The notes below the pieces were generated by a model, which saw nothing but the letters and a program-made list of their open reading frames with translations, was not told the origin of the DNA and ran no database searches. A stretch of DNA of 64,000 bases, taken from assembly GCA_964354125.1 (NCBI GenBank), contig CAYGXW010000002.1:2690-66689 (forward strand), in the 5' to 3' direction. This document shows positions 1 through 8,033 of this stretch, piece by piece. Position 1 is the stretch's first letter; every line of letters starts with the position of its first letter. The position numbers and the translations under genes were made by a program. The DNA is from an uncultured Dehalococcoidales bacterium. Lineage in GTDB: Bacteria; Chloroflexota; Dehalococcoidia; Dehalococcoidales; G020351185.

Positions 1-36
1 TCAAAAGATTCATAGGGGAAGTAAGGAGGCAGGCTA

Positions 37-1224
37 TTGCTACCTGATGACAGAGGATACTTTGGAAACTATGGCGGGCGCTTTGTTCCCGAGACATTGG
101 TGCCGGCACTGGACGAGCTGACAGCAGCCTATAATCAGGCAAAGAGCGATGCTACCTTCTGGGCTGAGTTTGAATCGCTATCTAAAGACTATTCGGGAAG
201 GCCGACCCCGCTTTATCTGGCAGAAAGGCTAACCAAGAACTGTGCTGGTGCCCGGATATTTCTCAAGAGGGAAGACCTGGCTCATACCGGAGCCCATAAG
301 ATTAACAATGCCCTGGGGCAGGGCCTTCTTGCCTGCAGGATGGGGAAGCAGAGAATCATTGCCGAGACCGGAGCCGGGCAGCACGGGGTGGCGACGGCGG
401 CTGTATGCGCCATGCTCGGGCTGGAGTGTATCGTCTATATGGGGGAAGAAGATATAGAGCGTCAGGCGCTTAATGTCTTCCGTATGAAACTCATGGGTGC
501 CGAGGTTAGAGCAGTTTCCAGTGGCAGTCGAACACTGAAGGACGCCATCAATGAGGCAATAAGAGACTGGGTGACCAATGTCAGGGACACCTACTATCTG
601 CTGGGCTCGGTGGTTGGTCCTCATCCCTATCCTATGATGGTGCGTGATTTCCAGTCAGTAATCGGTAAGGAAACCAGACAGCAAATTTTAAATAAATGCA
701 ACCGACTACCCGATTACATAATCGCCTGTGTCGGTGGTGGCAGTAATGCCATTGGTATTTTTCACCCCTTCTTGAACGATAAAGATGTCAAGCTCATCGG
801 CGTGGAGGCGGCTGGTAAAGGGCTTAACACCGGTAAGCACGCCGCCTCACTGATTGCCGGGGGAGTAGGCGTACTCCACGGTGCAAAGTCCTATATTCTC
901 CAGGATAGCGACGGACAGATTCAGCAGACGCACAGCATCTCTGCCGGGCTGGATTACCCCGGTGTTGGTCCCGAGCATAGCTATCTCAAGGATACCGGGC
1001 GTGCTAAATATGTTGCCATAAGCGATAAGGAAGCGCTTGAGGGCTTCCAACTGTTATGCCATACCGAGGGTATTGTACCGGCGCTGGAGCCGGCTCATGC
1101 CATATTCTATGCCACCAAGCTTGCCGGCTCTCTAGATAAGCAAAAAATAATTGTAATAAACCTTTCCGGTCGCGGTGACAAAGATATGGACATCGTAGTT
1201 GAAGCACTGGGGGTGAAGCCTTGA
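37..1224 (+). CDS. trpB: tryptophan synthase beta chain
   Basis: 395-aa ORF with PLP-enzyme TrpB motifs ([17 protein letters not shown]). TTG start 7 nt after AGGAGG. Overlaps trpA by 4 nt. Confidence 0.95.
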   Translation: MLPDDRGYFGNYGGRFVPETLVPALDELTAAYNQAKSDATFWAEFESLSKDYSGRPTPLYLAERLTKNCAGARIFLKREDLAHTGAHKINNALGQGLLACRMGKQRIIAETGAGQHGVATAAVCAMLGLECIVYMGEEDIERQALNVFRMKLMGAEVRAVSSGSRTLKDAINEAIRDWVTNVRDTYYLLGSVVGPHPYPMMVRDFQSVIGKETRQQILNKCNRLPDYIIACVGGGSNAIGIFHPFLNDKDVKLIGVEAAGKGLNTGKHAASLIAGGVGVLHGAKSYILQDSDGQIQQTHSISAGLDYPGVGPEHSYLKDTGRAKYVAISDKEALEGFQLLCHTEGIVPALEPAHAIFYATKLAGSLDKQKIIVINLSGRGDKDMDIVVEALGVKP

Positions 1225-2018
1225 GCCGCATCGCTCATGTCTTTAACCAGCCGGGCCATATAGCCCTTATACCCTATATTACGGTAGGCTATCCCAGTAT
1301 TGAAGATACCTTAAAGGTGGTTCCACTTCTGGCATCCTGCGGCTGTGATATAGTAGAGCTTGGCATACCCTTCTCCGACCCTCTGGCTGATGGTGTTACC
1401 ATACAGAAAGCGAGTTTTTGTGCTCTGCAAAACGGTGTTACTCCCGAACTCTGCCTTCAGGTAGCCAAACAGTTAAGCCAGAAGGTCAACATACCGCTAG
1501 TATTTATGAGCTATTTCAACCCTGTCTTTAATAGTGGTATGGATAAGTTCTGCACTGCCTGTGTTAGCTCTGGTGTTGACGGTTTAATCATCCCTGACCT
1601 GCCACCGGATGAAGGCTCGGAGCTTGAAGCCATCACCCAGGGGCAAGGCCTTGACCTCATCTACCTGCTGGCTCCGACCAGCACCGAAAAGCGCATCAGG
1701 CTGGTGGCTCAGAAGACTAGTGGCTTTATCTATCTGGTCTCAGTAACCGGGGTTACCGGGGTGAGGGGAAAGCTGCCCGAAAATCTGGAGTCTTTTGTCT
1801 CCAGGGTGAGGAAAGTAACCTCCAAACCACTCTGTATCGGCTTTGGTATATCTAAACCGGAACAGGCAAAGCAGGTAGCTCGGATGGCTGATGGGGTAAT
1901 TGTCGGCAGTAGGGTAATCCAGCTTATGGAGGCTGAGGATGGTCTCCAGTCGGTTGGCAATTTCATAAAAAGTTTGAGGCAGGCTCTTGATAATCCGCCC
2001 GAGAGGGAAAATCCATAG
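1221..2018 (+). CDS. trpA: tryptophan synthase alpha chain
   Basis: 265 aa with a TrpA-like N-terminal half ([22 protein letters not shown]). TTG start 4 nt after GGGGGTGA. Translationally coupled to trpB. Confidence 0.93.
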   Translation: MSRIAHVFNQPGHIALIPYITVGYPSIEDTLKVVPLLASCGCDIVELGIPFSDPLADGVTIQKASFCALQNGVTPELCLQVAKQLSQKVNIPLVFMSYFNPVFNSGMDKFCTACVSSGVDGLIIPDLPPDEGSELEAITQGQGLDLIYLLAPTSTEKRIRLVAQKTSGFIYLVSVTGVTGVRGKLPENLESFVSRVRKVTSKPLCIGFGISKPEQAKQVARMADGVIVGSRVIQLMEAEDGLQSVGNFIKSLRQALDNPPERENP

Positions 2019-2250
2019 GGTTATTGCTCAATTTATGGGTTTAGCTTGAATTCGGGTGCTGTTCTCTCGGCTGTTTCTATTAGTGATATCCTATACTATT
2101 GCTGGTTGATGAATTTATACCCAATGTTAGATAGTGTTACGGGACTATAGTCATATTGCGAAAGTACATATCAGAAAGTACTAAAGAGGGATTTACCAAG
2201 TAACCAAACCAACCTAGAATATACCTGAGCCATATTGGAGGTGTCGGGAT

Positions 2251-2460
2251 ATGCCTGTAACATTAAGCGGGCGGAAATATTATAGAACGGCTGAGGTCTG
2301 CCGGATGGTTGGCATTAGCCGGACAACCTTATTTCGCTGGCTCACGGAAGGCGTCTTCAGCGAGCCGGAGCACAGGGACAGGAGGGGGTGGAGGCTATTT
2401 ACTGAGGATGAAGTGAATAGAATAGAGATTGAGGCTAATCGTATCAGCAGAACCAATTAA
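2251..2460 (+). CDS. small MerR/excisionase-type helix-turn-helix DNA-binding protein
   Basis: 69 aa. YYRTAEVCRMVGISRTTLFRWL is a typical MerR/Xis-type HTH. GGAGGTG lies upstream of the ATG. Confidence 0.7.
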   Translation: MPVTLSGRKYYRTAEVCRMVGISRTTLFRWLTEGVFSEPEHRDRRGWRLFTEDEVNRIEIEANRISRTN

Positions 2461-2547
2461 GAACTGCTCAAATTGAGCGGTTCATTCTACTAAGATAAGA
2501 ATAAAGATATTGAATAATAGTGAATAGAATAGACGGAAAGGTAATTT

Positions 2548-3645
2548 ATGGAAGTAAGTGAGCTGCTTAAGCTAATGGTTAACAAAGGTGCCTCGGATAT
2601 GCACCTGAGGGTGTCAAGCCCGCCGGTATTCCGCATTGATGGGGGGTTGGTGCCACAAGAAGATTTATCACCGCTGGCGGCTAAAGATGTTGAGATGGCA
2701 TTTGAGCGTGTCACAACACCAGAACAAAGGAGTACTTTCCTTAGAGAGAAGGAGCTGGACTTCGCCTATAGTGTTCCTGGACTCGCTCGGTTCCGGGTCA
2801 ATATTATGCGGCAAAGGGGTACTATTAGCCTTGCCTTTCGTTTGGTACCATTTAATATTTCATCCATTGATGAATTAGGGTTACCCCAGATATTAAAGGA
2901 GCTTATTCTTAAACCGAAAGGGCTTATTCTGGTAACCGGGCCTGCTGGCAGTGGCAAATCTACTACCATGGCGGCTATGCTCCATCATCTCAACCAAAGT
3001 GAGAAAAGAAATGTCATCACCATTGAAGACCCTATTGAATATCTGCACAGCAACAATAAGTGTATCATAGCCCAGCGGGACATCGGGGGTGATACTAAAT
3101 CATTTGATATCGCCTTAAAAAATGCTTTGCGGCATGACCCGGACGTAATTGTTCTCGGCGAGATGATTGACCCGGAGGTCATATCCACTGCTATCAGGGC
3201 GGCTGAGGCAGGGCGTCTGGTACTTGGTATTTTATATGCCGCTGATGCCGCTCAGACGATTGAAAATATAATTGGCGTATTCCCTCAAGACCGGCAACAG
3301 AAAATAAGAATACAACTATCAAAGGTAATAGAAGCGGTAATATCGCAAACCTTATTACCAAGGCTTAAAGGGGGGCGGGTAGCTGTTTTTGAGATTATGA
3401 TTTCTAATCCTGAAGTTAGGAGACTTATACGGGAAGAAAAACCCTCTAAACTGACGGAAGCAATGTGGTTTAGCGGTAATGGCGGCCTACAAAGCATGGA
3501 TAAAGCTTTGGCTGAACTGGTGAAAAGCGGTATAATTTCAAAAGAAGAAGCCGTAATAAATAGTAATAATCCGGAAAAATTGCAGGAAATACTGCAACCT
3601 AAACAATCTACAGATAAAAAAACTAAGACTGAGGTTAGGCGGTAG
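2548..3645 (+). CDS. pilT: PilT-family type IV pilus retraction / secretion ATPase
   Basis: 365 aa with Walker A GPAGSGKST and the PilT-like N-terminus ASDMHLRVSSPPVFRIDG. No other pilus genes are in the window. Confidence 0.85.
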   Translation: MEVSELLKLMVNKGASDMHLRVSSPPVFRIDGGLVPQEDLSPLAAKDVEMAFERVTTPEQRSTFLREKELDFAYSVPGLARFRVNIMRQRGTISLAFRLVPFNISSIDELGLPQILKELILKPKGLILVTGPAGSGKSTTMAAMLHHLNQSEKRNVITIEDPIEYLHSNNKCIIAQRDIGGDTKSFDIALKNALRHDPDVIVLGEMIDPEVISTAIRAAEAGRLVLGILYAADAAQTIENIIGVFPQDRQQKIRIQLSKVIEAVISQTLLPRLKGGRVAVFEIMISNPEVRRLIREEKPSKLTEAMWFSGNGGLQSMDKALAELVKSGIISKEEAVINSNNPEKLQEILQPKQSTDKKTKTEVRR

Positions 3646-3651
3646 TTATTA

Positions 3652-3930
3652 TTAGCGCCGCAGCATTCTTCTGGCAGCCAGTAACACCACGAAGGCAAGT
3701 ATTATATTCAGGCTAATAAGAATAGAAACATTCACCGCAATATCAGGCCAACCGCCACCGTGCAGGCTTAGTTCTACCACTGGCTGAAGCATATAATAGG
3801 TGTGGAATATTTTACATATCCACTCCGGAATCTGTGGGAACATGTAGATAAAGACAGTGGCAAACAAAAGGATGCCCCCGGACTTCCAGACGGTGAAAAG
3901 GGTAGTAATATCCTTTATGAAAGCACTGGC
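3652..3930 (-). pseudogene. C-terminal fragment of a membrane permease (ABC-2-type-like), truncated at its 5' end
   Basis: The reading frame is open only from the TAG at 3931-3933. It encodes hydrophobic segments ending in a basic tail (LLAARRMLRR). It has no plausible N-terminus and abuts the transposase remnant. Confidence 0.4.
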
Positions 3931-3955
3931 CTACCCCCAATAATGATACCACTTC

Positions 3956-4246
3956 TTAAATCGTTACCGCAGTTAAGATAGCTTCAGGTGCCGGAGGCTG
4001 GTAACCCAGAGAACTGTGTGGCCGAATACCATTGTATTCCCTTCGCCACTCTTCTATCAATACCCTGGCCTCAGTCAATGTAGTAAGAACCTCCCGGTTG
4101 AGTAATTCATCCCTCAGTTTGCCGTTGAATGACTCAATATATCTATTCTCCCAGGGACTACCGGGTTATATATAAAGCATCTTTACTCCTATACGGTCAA
4201 GCCATTTTCTTATCCCTCTGGCGGTGAATTTAGTTGTAGACTTGCC
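3956..4246 (-). pseudogene. remnant of a DDE (rve/integrase-core) IS transposase, C-terminal ~96 codons with an in-frame stop
   Basis: Minus-strand translation reads FTARGIRKWLDRIGVKMLYI*PGSPWENRYIESFNGKLRDELLNREVLTTLTEARVLIEEWRREYNGIRPHSSLGYQPPAPE. The TAA at 4166-4168 sits where these transposases have Glu. The N-terminal two thirds are missing. Confidence 0.8.
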
Positions 4247-5866
4247 CTATTGAGTTGACCCAGAGGTGGTATCTTTAGGCTTTTTGATTTTTTGAATATG
4301 GAGCGGCAGTAGCTTGCCCCCGGCGGTGATATATGGCCTTACCCGCTTGACCCTGATTGTTTTTGATTGAGACCAGACCTGCACCATCATCCGCTGTGTA
4401 TCCGCTCCCTTTGCCAGCTCATCAAGGATTGCCTTTTTAAGTTCAGCCTCATCTATATCACCTACTTCGGGGCTTACTATAACGCTCATACTAGTCTTGC
4501 CCTTTTCATCCTCTTCTTCCACCATCTGGTAATCAGTTGAGGCACCGCCGAATTTAGAGGGCAGAACCTCTTCTATAATCCTGACCATGTCAGTACCGAC
4601 AAAAGTCATCCCACCACTGGTCAGCTTATCAAAGCCACGAATACCATGGATATGCGTGGTTAAACCAAGCTCTTCAAGCCTGCAGCCGCAGTTTCTTTCC
4701 TCAACCGTACCGTAATCACCACTCTCTACATTAAGCAGGACCTTAGGTGTTGATAGCAGGAGGCTGGTGAAGAGTAAGGCATCAACCGATACTGCGGCAT
4801 GTGGTACTTCCCTCGGCTGCTGAATCAAAGCAAAGCAATCGCTGGTTAGGTGAATCTCGTCTTTGGCTACTGGCTGGAGGCAACCAATACCGACAAAGCC
4901 ACCCTCTATAAAACCAAACCCGGTGAGAGTCGTAGCACCGACTGACTCAATCTCTTTTCGTTTGGCATCGGTTAGCGGTTCCCCGCCTACTGGAAACTTA
5001 GTCCCGGCAATATCTAACCCATTTTCCCTGGCTGCCTGGCAAATAGCTACTGCAGCACTAGTATAGCTGGCTACAACACATGCCCCCTTTTTCTTTTTAG
5101 TATCCGCTATCCACTGGGCTACCTTAATGGCATCACCCACAGGCATATACTCAGGAGACGGCATCTTGACGCCAAAGATTCTACTTAGAAAAACTATATA
5201 GTTGGCAAAAAATCTATGCTCAAAAGAGGGCTTGAAACCCCTCTTTTCAACCGGTGAAAACCACCTCACCGGGACAATGCCTACCTTGGCGTAACTCAGC
5301 ATAAGTAAAGGTCCGCTACTAATAATTGGAAACCAAATGGAAATAGGAAGCCTTAAGGCTTCATAGGCATCGTACATGGTAACAATATGATATGCATAGT
5401 TTTCTGTTAAGTAATCAAGGTCGTATATTGTCCTAGTACCAGCGCTCCGACTGCTACTACTTCTGGTCTGGAAATGACCAGCTAAAAGAGGGTTGTCAAA
5501 ATCACTGGTCTTGAATTGAAAAACCTTACTACCCCGGTTAACTTCCTTCTTGCCCTTAAACTCCTCAATGCTTATATACACCCCTTCCTGGCATAGCTTT
5601 CTCAGTGTTGCCTCTATGCCATCGGACTTTACCATCCGCTCAAAATCTCCATATTCACAGCCAGCCAGTCTAAGTAGTTTTAGGTAGGGGCTATTTTCAT
5701 TCTCATAAATAGCCCCTTTCACTATGGCAAGAAGGTTCTTTTCTCTATTTTCCAGTCTTTCCTTGATAACCTTCTGGGCTTGCTCTATAGTAACCTTTTC
5801 TTTGTAGAATTTCCTTAGATTGCGTGTAAAACGCCAATACATCTTTGCCGTACCAATTTTAGACAT
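4247..5866 (-). CDS. adenylate-forming enzyme, phenylacetate-CoA ligase (PaaK) / F390-synthetase-like family
   Basis: 539 aa, colinear with PaaK: GGEPLTDAKRKEIESVGA..GFGFIEGG..GIGC resembles GAEPWTQAMRKEIE..YGLSE..ME, and LLFTSL resembles LLFTTL. The P-loop position reads RSSSSRSAGTRT, which is degenerate. Confidence 0.65.
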   Translation of the reverse strand: MSKIGTAKMYWRFTRNLRKFYKEKVTIEQAQKVIKERLENREKNLLAIVKGAIYENENSPYLKLLRLAGCEYGDFERMVKSDGIEATLRKLCQEGVYISIEEFKGKKEVNRGSKVFQFKTSDFDNPLLAGHFQTRSSSSRSAGTRTIYDLDYLTENYAYHIVTMYDAYEALRLPISIWFPIISSGPLLMLSYAKVGIVPVRWFSPVEKRGFKPSFEHRFFANYIVFLSRIFGVKMPSPEYMPVGDAIKVAQWIADTKKKKGACVVASYTSAAVAICQAARENGLDIAGTKFPVGGEPLTDAKRKEIESVGATTLTGFGFIEGGFVGIGCLQPVAKDEIHLTSDCFALIQQPREVPHAAVSVDALLFTSLLLSTPKVLLNVESGDYGTVEERNCGCRLEELGLTTHIHGIRGFDKLTSGGMTFVGTDMVRIIEEVLPSKFGGASTDYQMVEEEDEKGKTSMSVIVSPEVGDIDEAELKKAILDELAKGADTQRMMVQVWSQSKTIRVKRVRPYITAGGKLLPLHIQKIKKPKDTTSGSTQ

Positions 5867-6021
5867 CCTTACTCCATCTATATTGATTTTCGACTTAAGA
5901 ATAATAACATAATGAATTAAAGAGAGGCAACTGTTTTATATTAAGACAAGTAGGAACAAAAACATTTAATAGATAAATAACAGAGGCATCATAACTGCCG
6001 GTGCTTAAGAAACCGACAGGC

Positions 6022-6321
6022 TTACTTCGTAATGATGATTTCCAAGCTATCTATCCGGCCTACACCCTTTAATGAAGTGGCCATTCCTATAATAGTGTTT
6101 TTAATAAATTTGTTTACGAAGGGATTAATGGGAACCGGAGCGTTATTTATATTTATGTCAACAATATCGTTCTTAATAGAAAGGTGAACACCCTTTATTT
6201 CACCAGTTCCCTTTAGCACGGCAAGCATACCGTTGACAACACGCTCAATAAATTCCTGTACAAAATCTTCAGTTGGGATAGACACATCATTAACAAAAAG
6301 GTTTACCCTTTGTGGTGACAT
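6022..6321 (-). CDS. hypothetical protein built from two tandem ~46-aa repeats
   Basis: ATG at 6321 lies 7 nt after GGAGA (the ORF track uses TTG at 6324). Clear internal duplication. No family recognised. Confidence 0.6.
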   Translation of the reverse strand: MSPQRVNLFVNDVSIPTEDFVQEFIERVVNGMLAVLKGTGEIKGVHLSIKNDIVDININNAPVPINPFVNKFIKNTIIGMATSLKGVGRIDSLEIIITK

Positions 6322-6345
6322 CAATCCATCTCCTTCTATAAATTA

Positions 6346-6792
6346 TCACTTTAACTTCCGCTTGAAGATAAGCCAGTTCTTGCTATCGGTATGGACTAGG
6401 ATATAATCTCCGGATAGCTTTTTCCCATACAGGGTGAATTCCAGATAGTTAGCCCCCTTTTTATTAAGCTCAAATTCACCGCTATCCCAAATTTCTACAG
6501 TTCCAGCGCCGTACTGCCCTTCAGGAATCTGCCCGGCGAAATCTATATAATCTATGGGGTGGTCTTCCACCTGAACCGCCAGGCGTCTTAACCCAGGCTC
6601 TATAGGTAATCCTTTAGGCACTGCCCAGCTTTTAAGGACGCCATCCATCTCCAGGCGAAAATCATAATGGAGTTGCTTCGCCTGATGCCTGTGGACAACA
6701 AAACGAGCAGTGCTATTACTGCCCACCTGCCCCCTAGGCTCAGGCGTCTTATTAAACTGACGCTTACCCTGATATTCATCCAGACCAGCCAT
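6346..6792 (-). CDS. stand-alone LigD-type 3'-phosphoesterase (PE) domain protein
   Basis: Starts MAGLDEYQGKRQFNKTPEP, followed by FVVHRHQAKQLHYDFRLEMDGVLKSWAVPKG and EGQYGAGTV, which are canonical LigD-PE motifs. The longer ORF-track N-terminus (to 6903) is unsupported. Confidence 0.85.
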   Translation of the reverse strand: MAGLDEYQGKRQFNKTPEPRGQVGSNSTARFVVHRHQAKQLHYDFRLEMDGVLKSWAVPKGLPIEPGLRRLAVQVEDHPIDYIDFAGQIPEGQYGAGTVEIWDSGEFELNKKGANYLEFTLYGKKLSGDYILVHTDSKNWLIFKRKLK

Positions 6793-6919
6793 AAAGCACC
6801 AAAAGCGAGCTATTTCTACTAAAAGATTTAAAGATATGGATAAAAAGGTTGGGTATTTAAATACCCAACCTTTTTTAAGTTCTATGACTCTAATTAAATC
6901 CAAGGCTATATTGATAGAT

Positions 6920-7060
6920 TTAACACTTTCCTATTCTGAACATCTTGGTTCCGCACACTGGACATACACCTTGAGTTGCCGGTCGGCCATTCTTTAAGGT
7001 TACAGCTTTAGCATTCCTTATTTCTCTTTTAGTACGACATTTAACACAATATGCTTGCAT
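6920..7060 (-). CDS. 46-aa zinc-ribbon protein (DUF5679-like)
   Basis: Not in the ORF track because it is under 60 aa. Sequence MQAYCVKCRTKREIRNAKAVTLKNGRPATQGVCPVCGTKMFRIGKC with CxxC...CxxC. GGAGGAGG lies 2-9 nt upstream of the ATG. Confidence 0.6.
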   Translation of the reverse strand: MQAYCVKCRTKREIRNAKAVTLKNGRPATQGVCPVCGTKMFRIGKC

Positions 7061-7183
7061 ATCCTCCTCCTTTCAAGTAGGAAGGATAAACCAATGTAAT
7101 AGCGATGTCAATAGCTTGCCACAGGAAAATTTACTCTACAAAGAGATTCACCTGAATTGGGACCGTTAAATAGGTTGAAAAAG

Positions 7184-7260
7184 TGGTCGGGGTGAGAGGA
7201 CTTGAACCTCCGACCTCAGCGTCCCAAACGCTGCGCGCTAGCCGACTGCGCTACACCCCG
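7184..7260 (-). tRNA. tRNA-Pro (anticodon TGG), CCA encoded
   Basis: Hand-folded cloverleaf: acceptor CGGGGTG/CACCCCG, anticodon stem CAGCG/CGCTG with loop TTTGGGA, T-arm GGAGG-TTCAAGT-CCTCT. Confidence 0.9.
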
Positions 7261-7303
7261 CACAAAGAGTATATCAATGCTGATTTAAGCGGTCAAATGT
7301 GAT

Positions 7304-8023
7304 TTAGTCTCGGCAATCGGGGCATAGGTCAAGGGATGCCAGGGGTAGATTTGCTTTTTCCGCCATATATTTAATCTGCTTTTCCGGAGCCCAGTAGATG
7401 CCGCAATTTTTACACTGTTTCAACTTGAATTCCATCCGGCAACTGGGCATAGTAATTATCCTGGTATCACCTATATCCTCTACCTTTATGGCATCAGTGG
7501 GACAGATATAGGCACAAGAACCGCAGGCTATACAGGCATCTGAATCATCATAAAAGGGGATAGCCACCTCTCGGTTAATACCCCGATTGACCAAGCTGAT
7601 GGCACTGGTACCAACCACCTCCTGGCAGGCTCTAACACACAGGGAGCAGAGAACACATTGGTTATCCTCCAGCTTGAACCTTGTTACCTCAACACCCAAC
7701 TTCTTGGCTAATTCCTTTATTTCCTTGTTGTTAGGACACCTTGCCAGTAATAACTCCATTATCATTCGATGGATGTTTTTAATCTTCTCAGAATTGGTCT
7801 TGATGGTAAGCCCTTCTTCTACCTGGTAGAGACAGGATGCCACCAGCCTTTGTCTTCCTTTCTTAGTGACTTCAACCAGGCACAATCGGCAGCCGCCATA
7901 GGGAGCAACCGCCTCATTGGTGCATAAGGTAGGGATATAGATGTTATTCTCACGCGCAGCATCCAGAATCATTGTTCCTTTTCCGGCACATATCTCTCGT
8001 CCGTCAATAGTTATTGTTACCAT
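7304..8023 (-). CDS. 2Fe-2S / 4Fe-4S iron-sulfur protein resembling the N-terminal ferredoxin part of HydA/NuoG, with no catalytic domain
   Basis: 239 aa. N-terminal 2Fe-2S fold (ITIDGREI...CRLCLVEV), two CxxCxxCxxxCP ferredoxin motifs, and an extra C-terminal CxxC...CxxC. Confidence 0.8.
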   Translation of the reverse strand: MVTITIDGREICAGKGTMILDAARENNIYIPTLCTNEAVAPYGGCRLCLVEVTKKGRQRLVASCLYQVEEGLTIKTNSEKIKNIHRMIMELLLARCPNNKEIKELAKKLGVEVTRFKLEDNQCVLCSLCVRACQEVVGTSAISLVNRGINREVAIPFYDDSDACIACGSCAYICPTDAIKVEDIGDTRIITMPSCRMEFKLKQCKNCGIYWAPEKQIKYMAEKANLPLASLDLCPDCRD

Positions 8024-8033
8024 CTTTTTATCC

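Noticed and set aside
1-36. trp leader, attenuator or T-box upstream of trpB.
   Set aside because: Only 36 nt precede the start codon before the window edge, so this cannot be evaluated.
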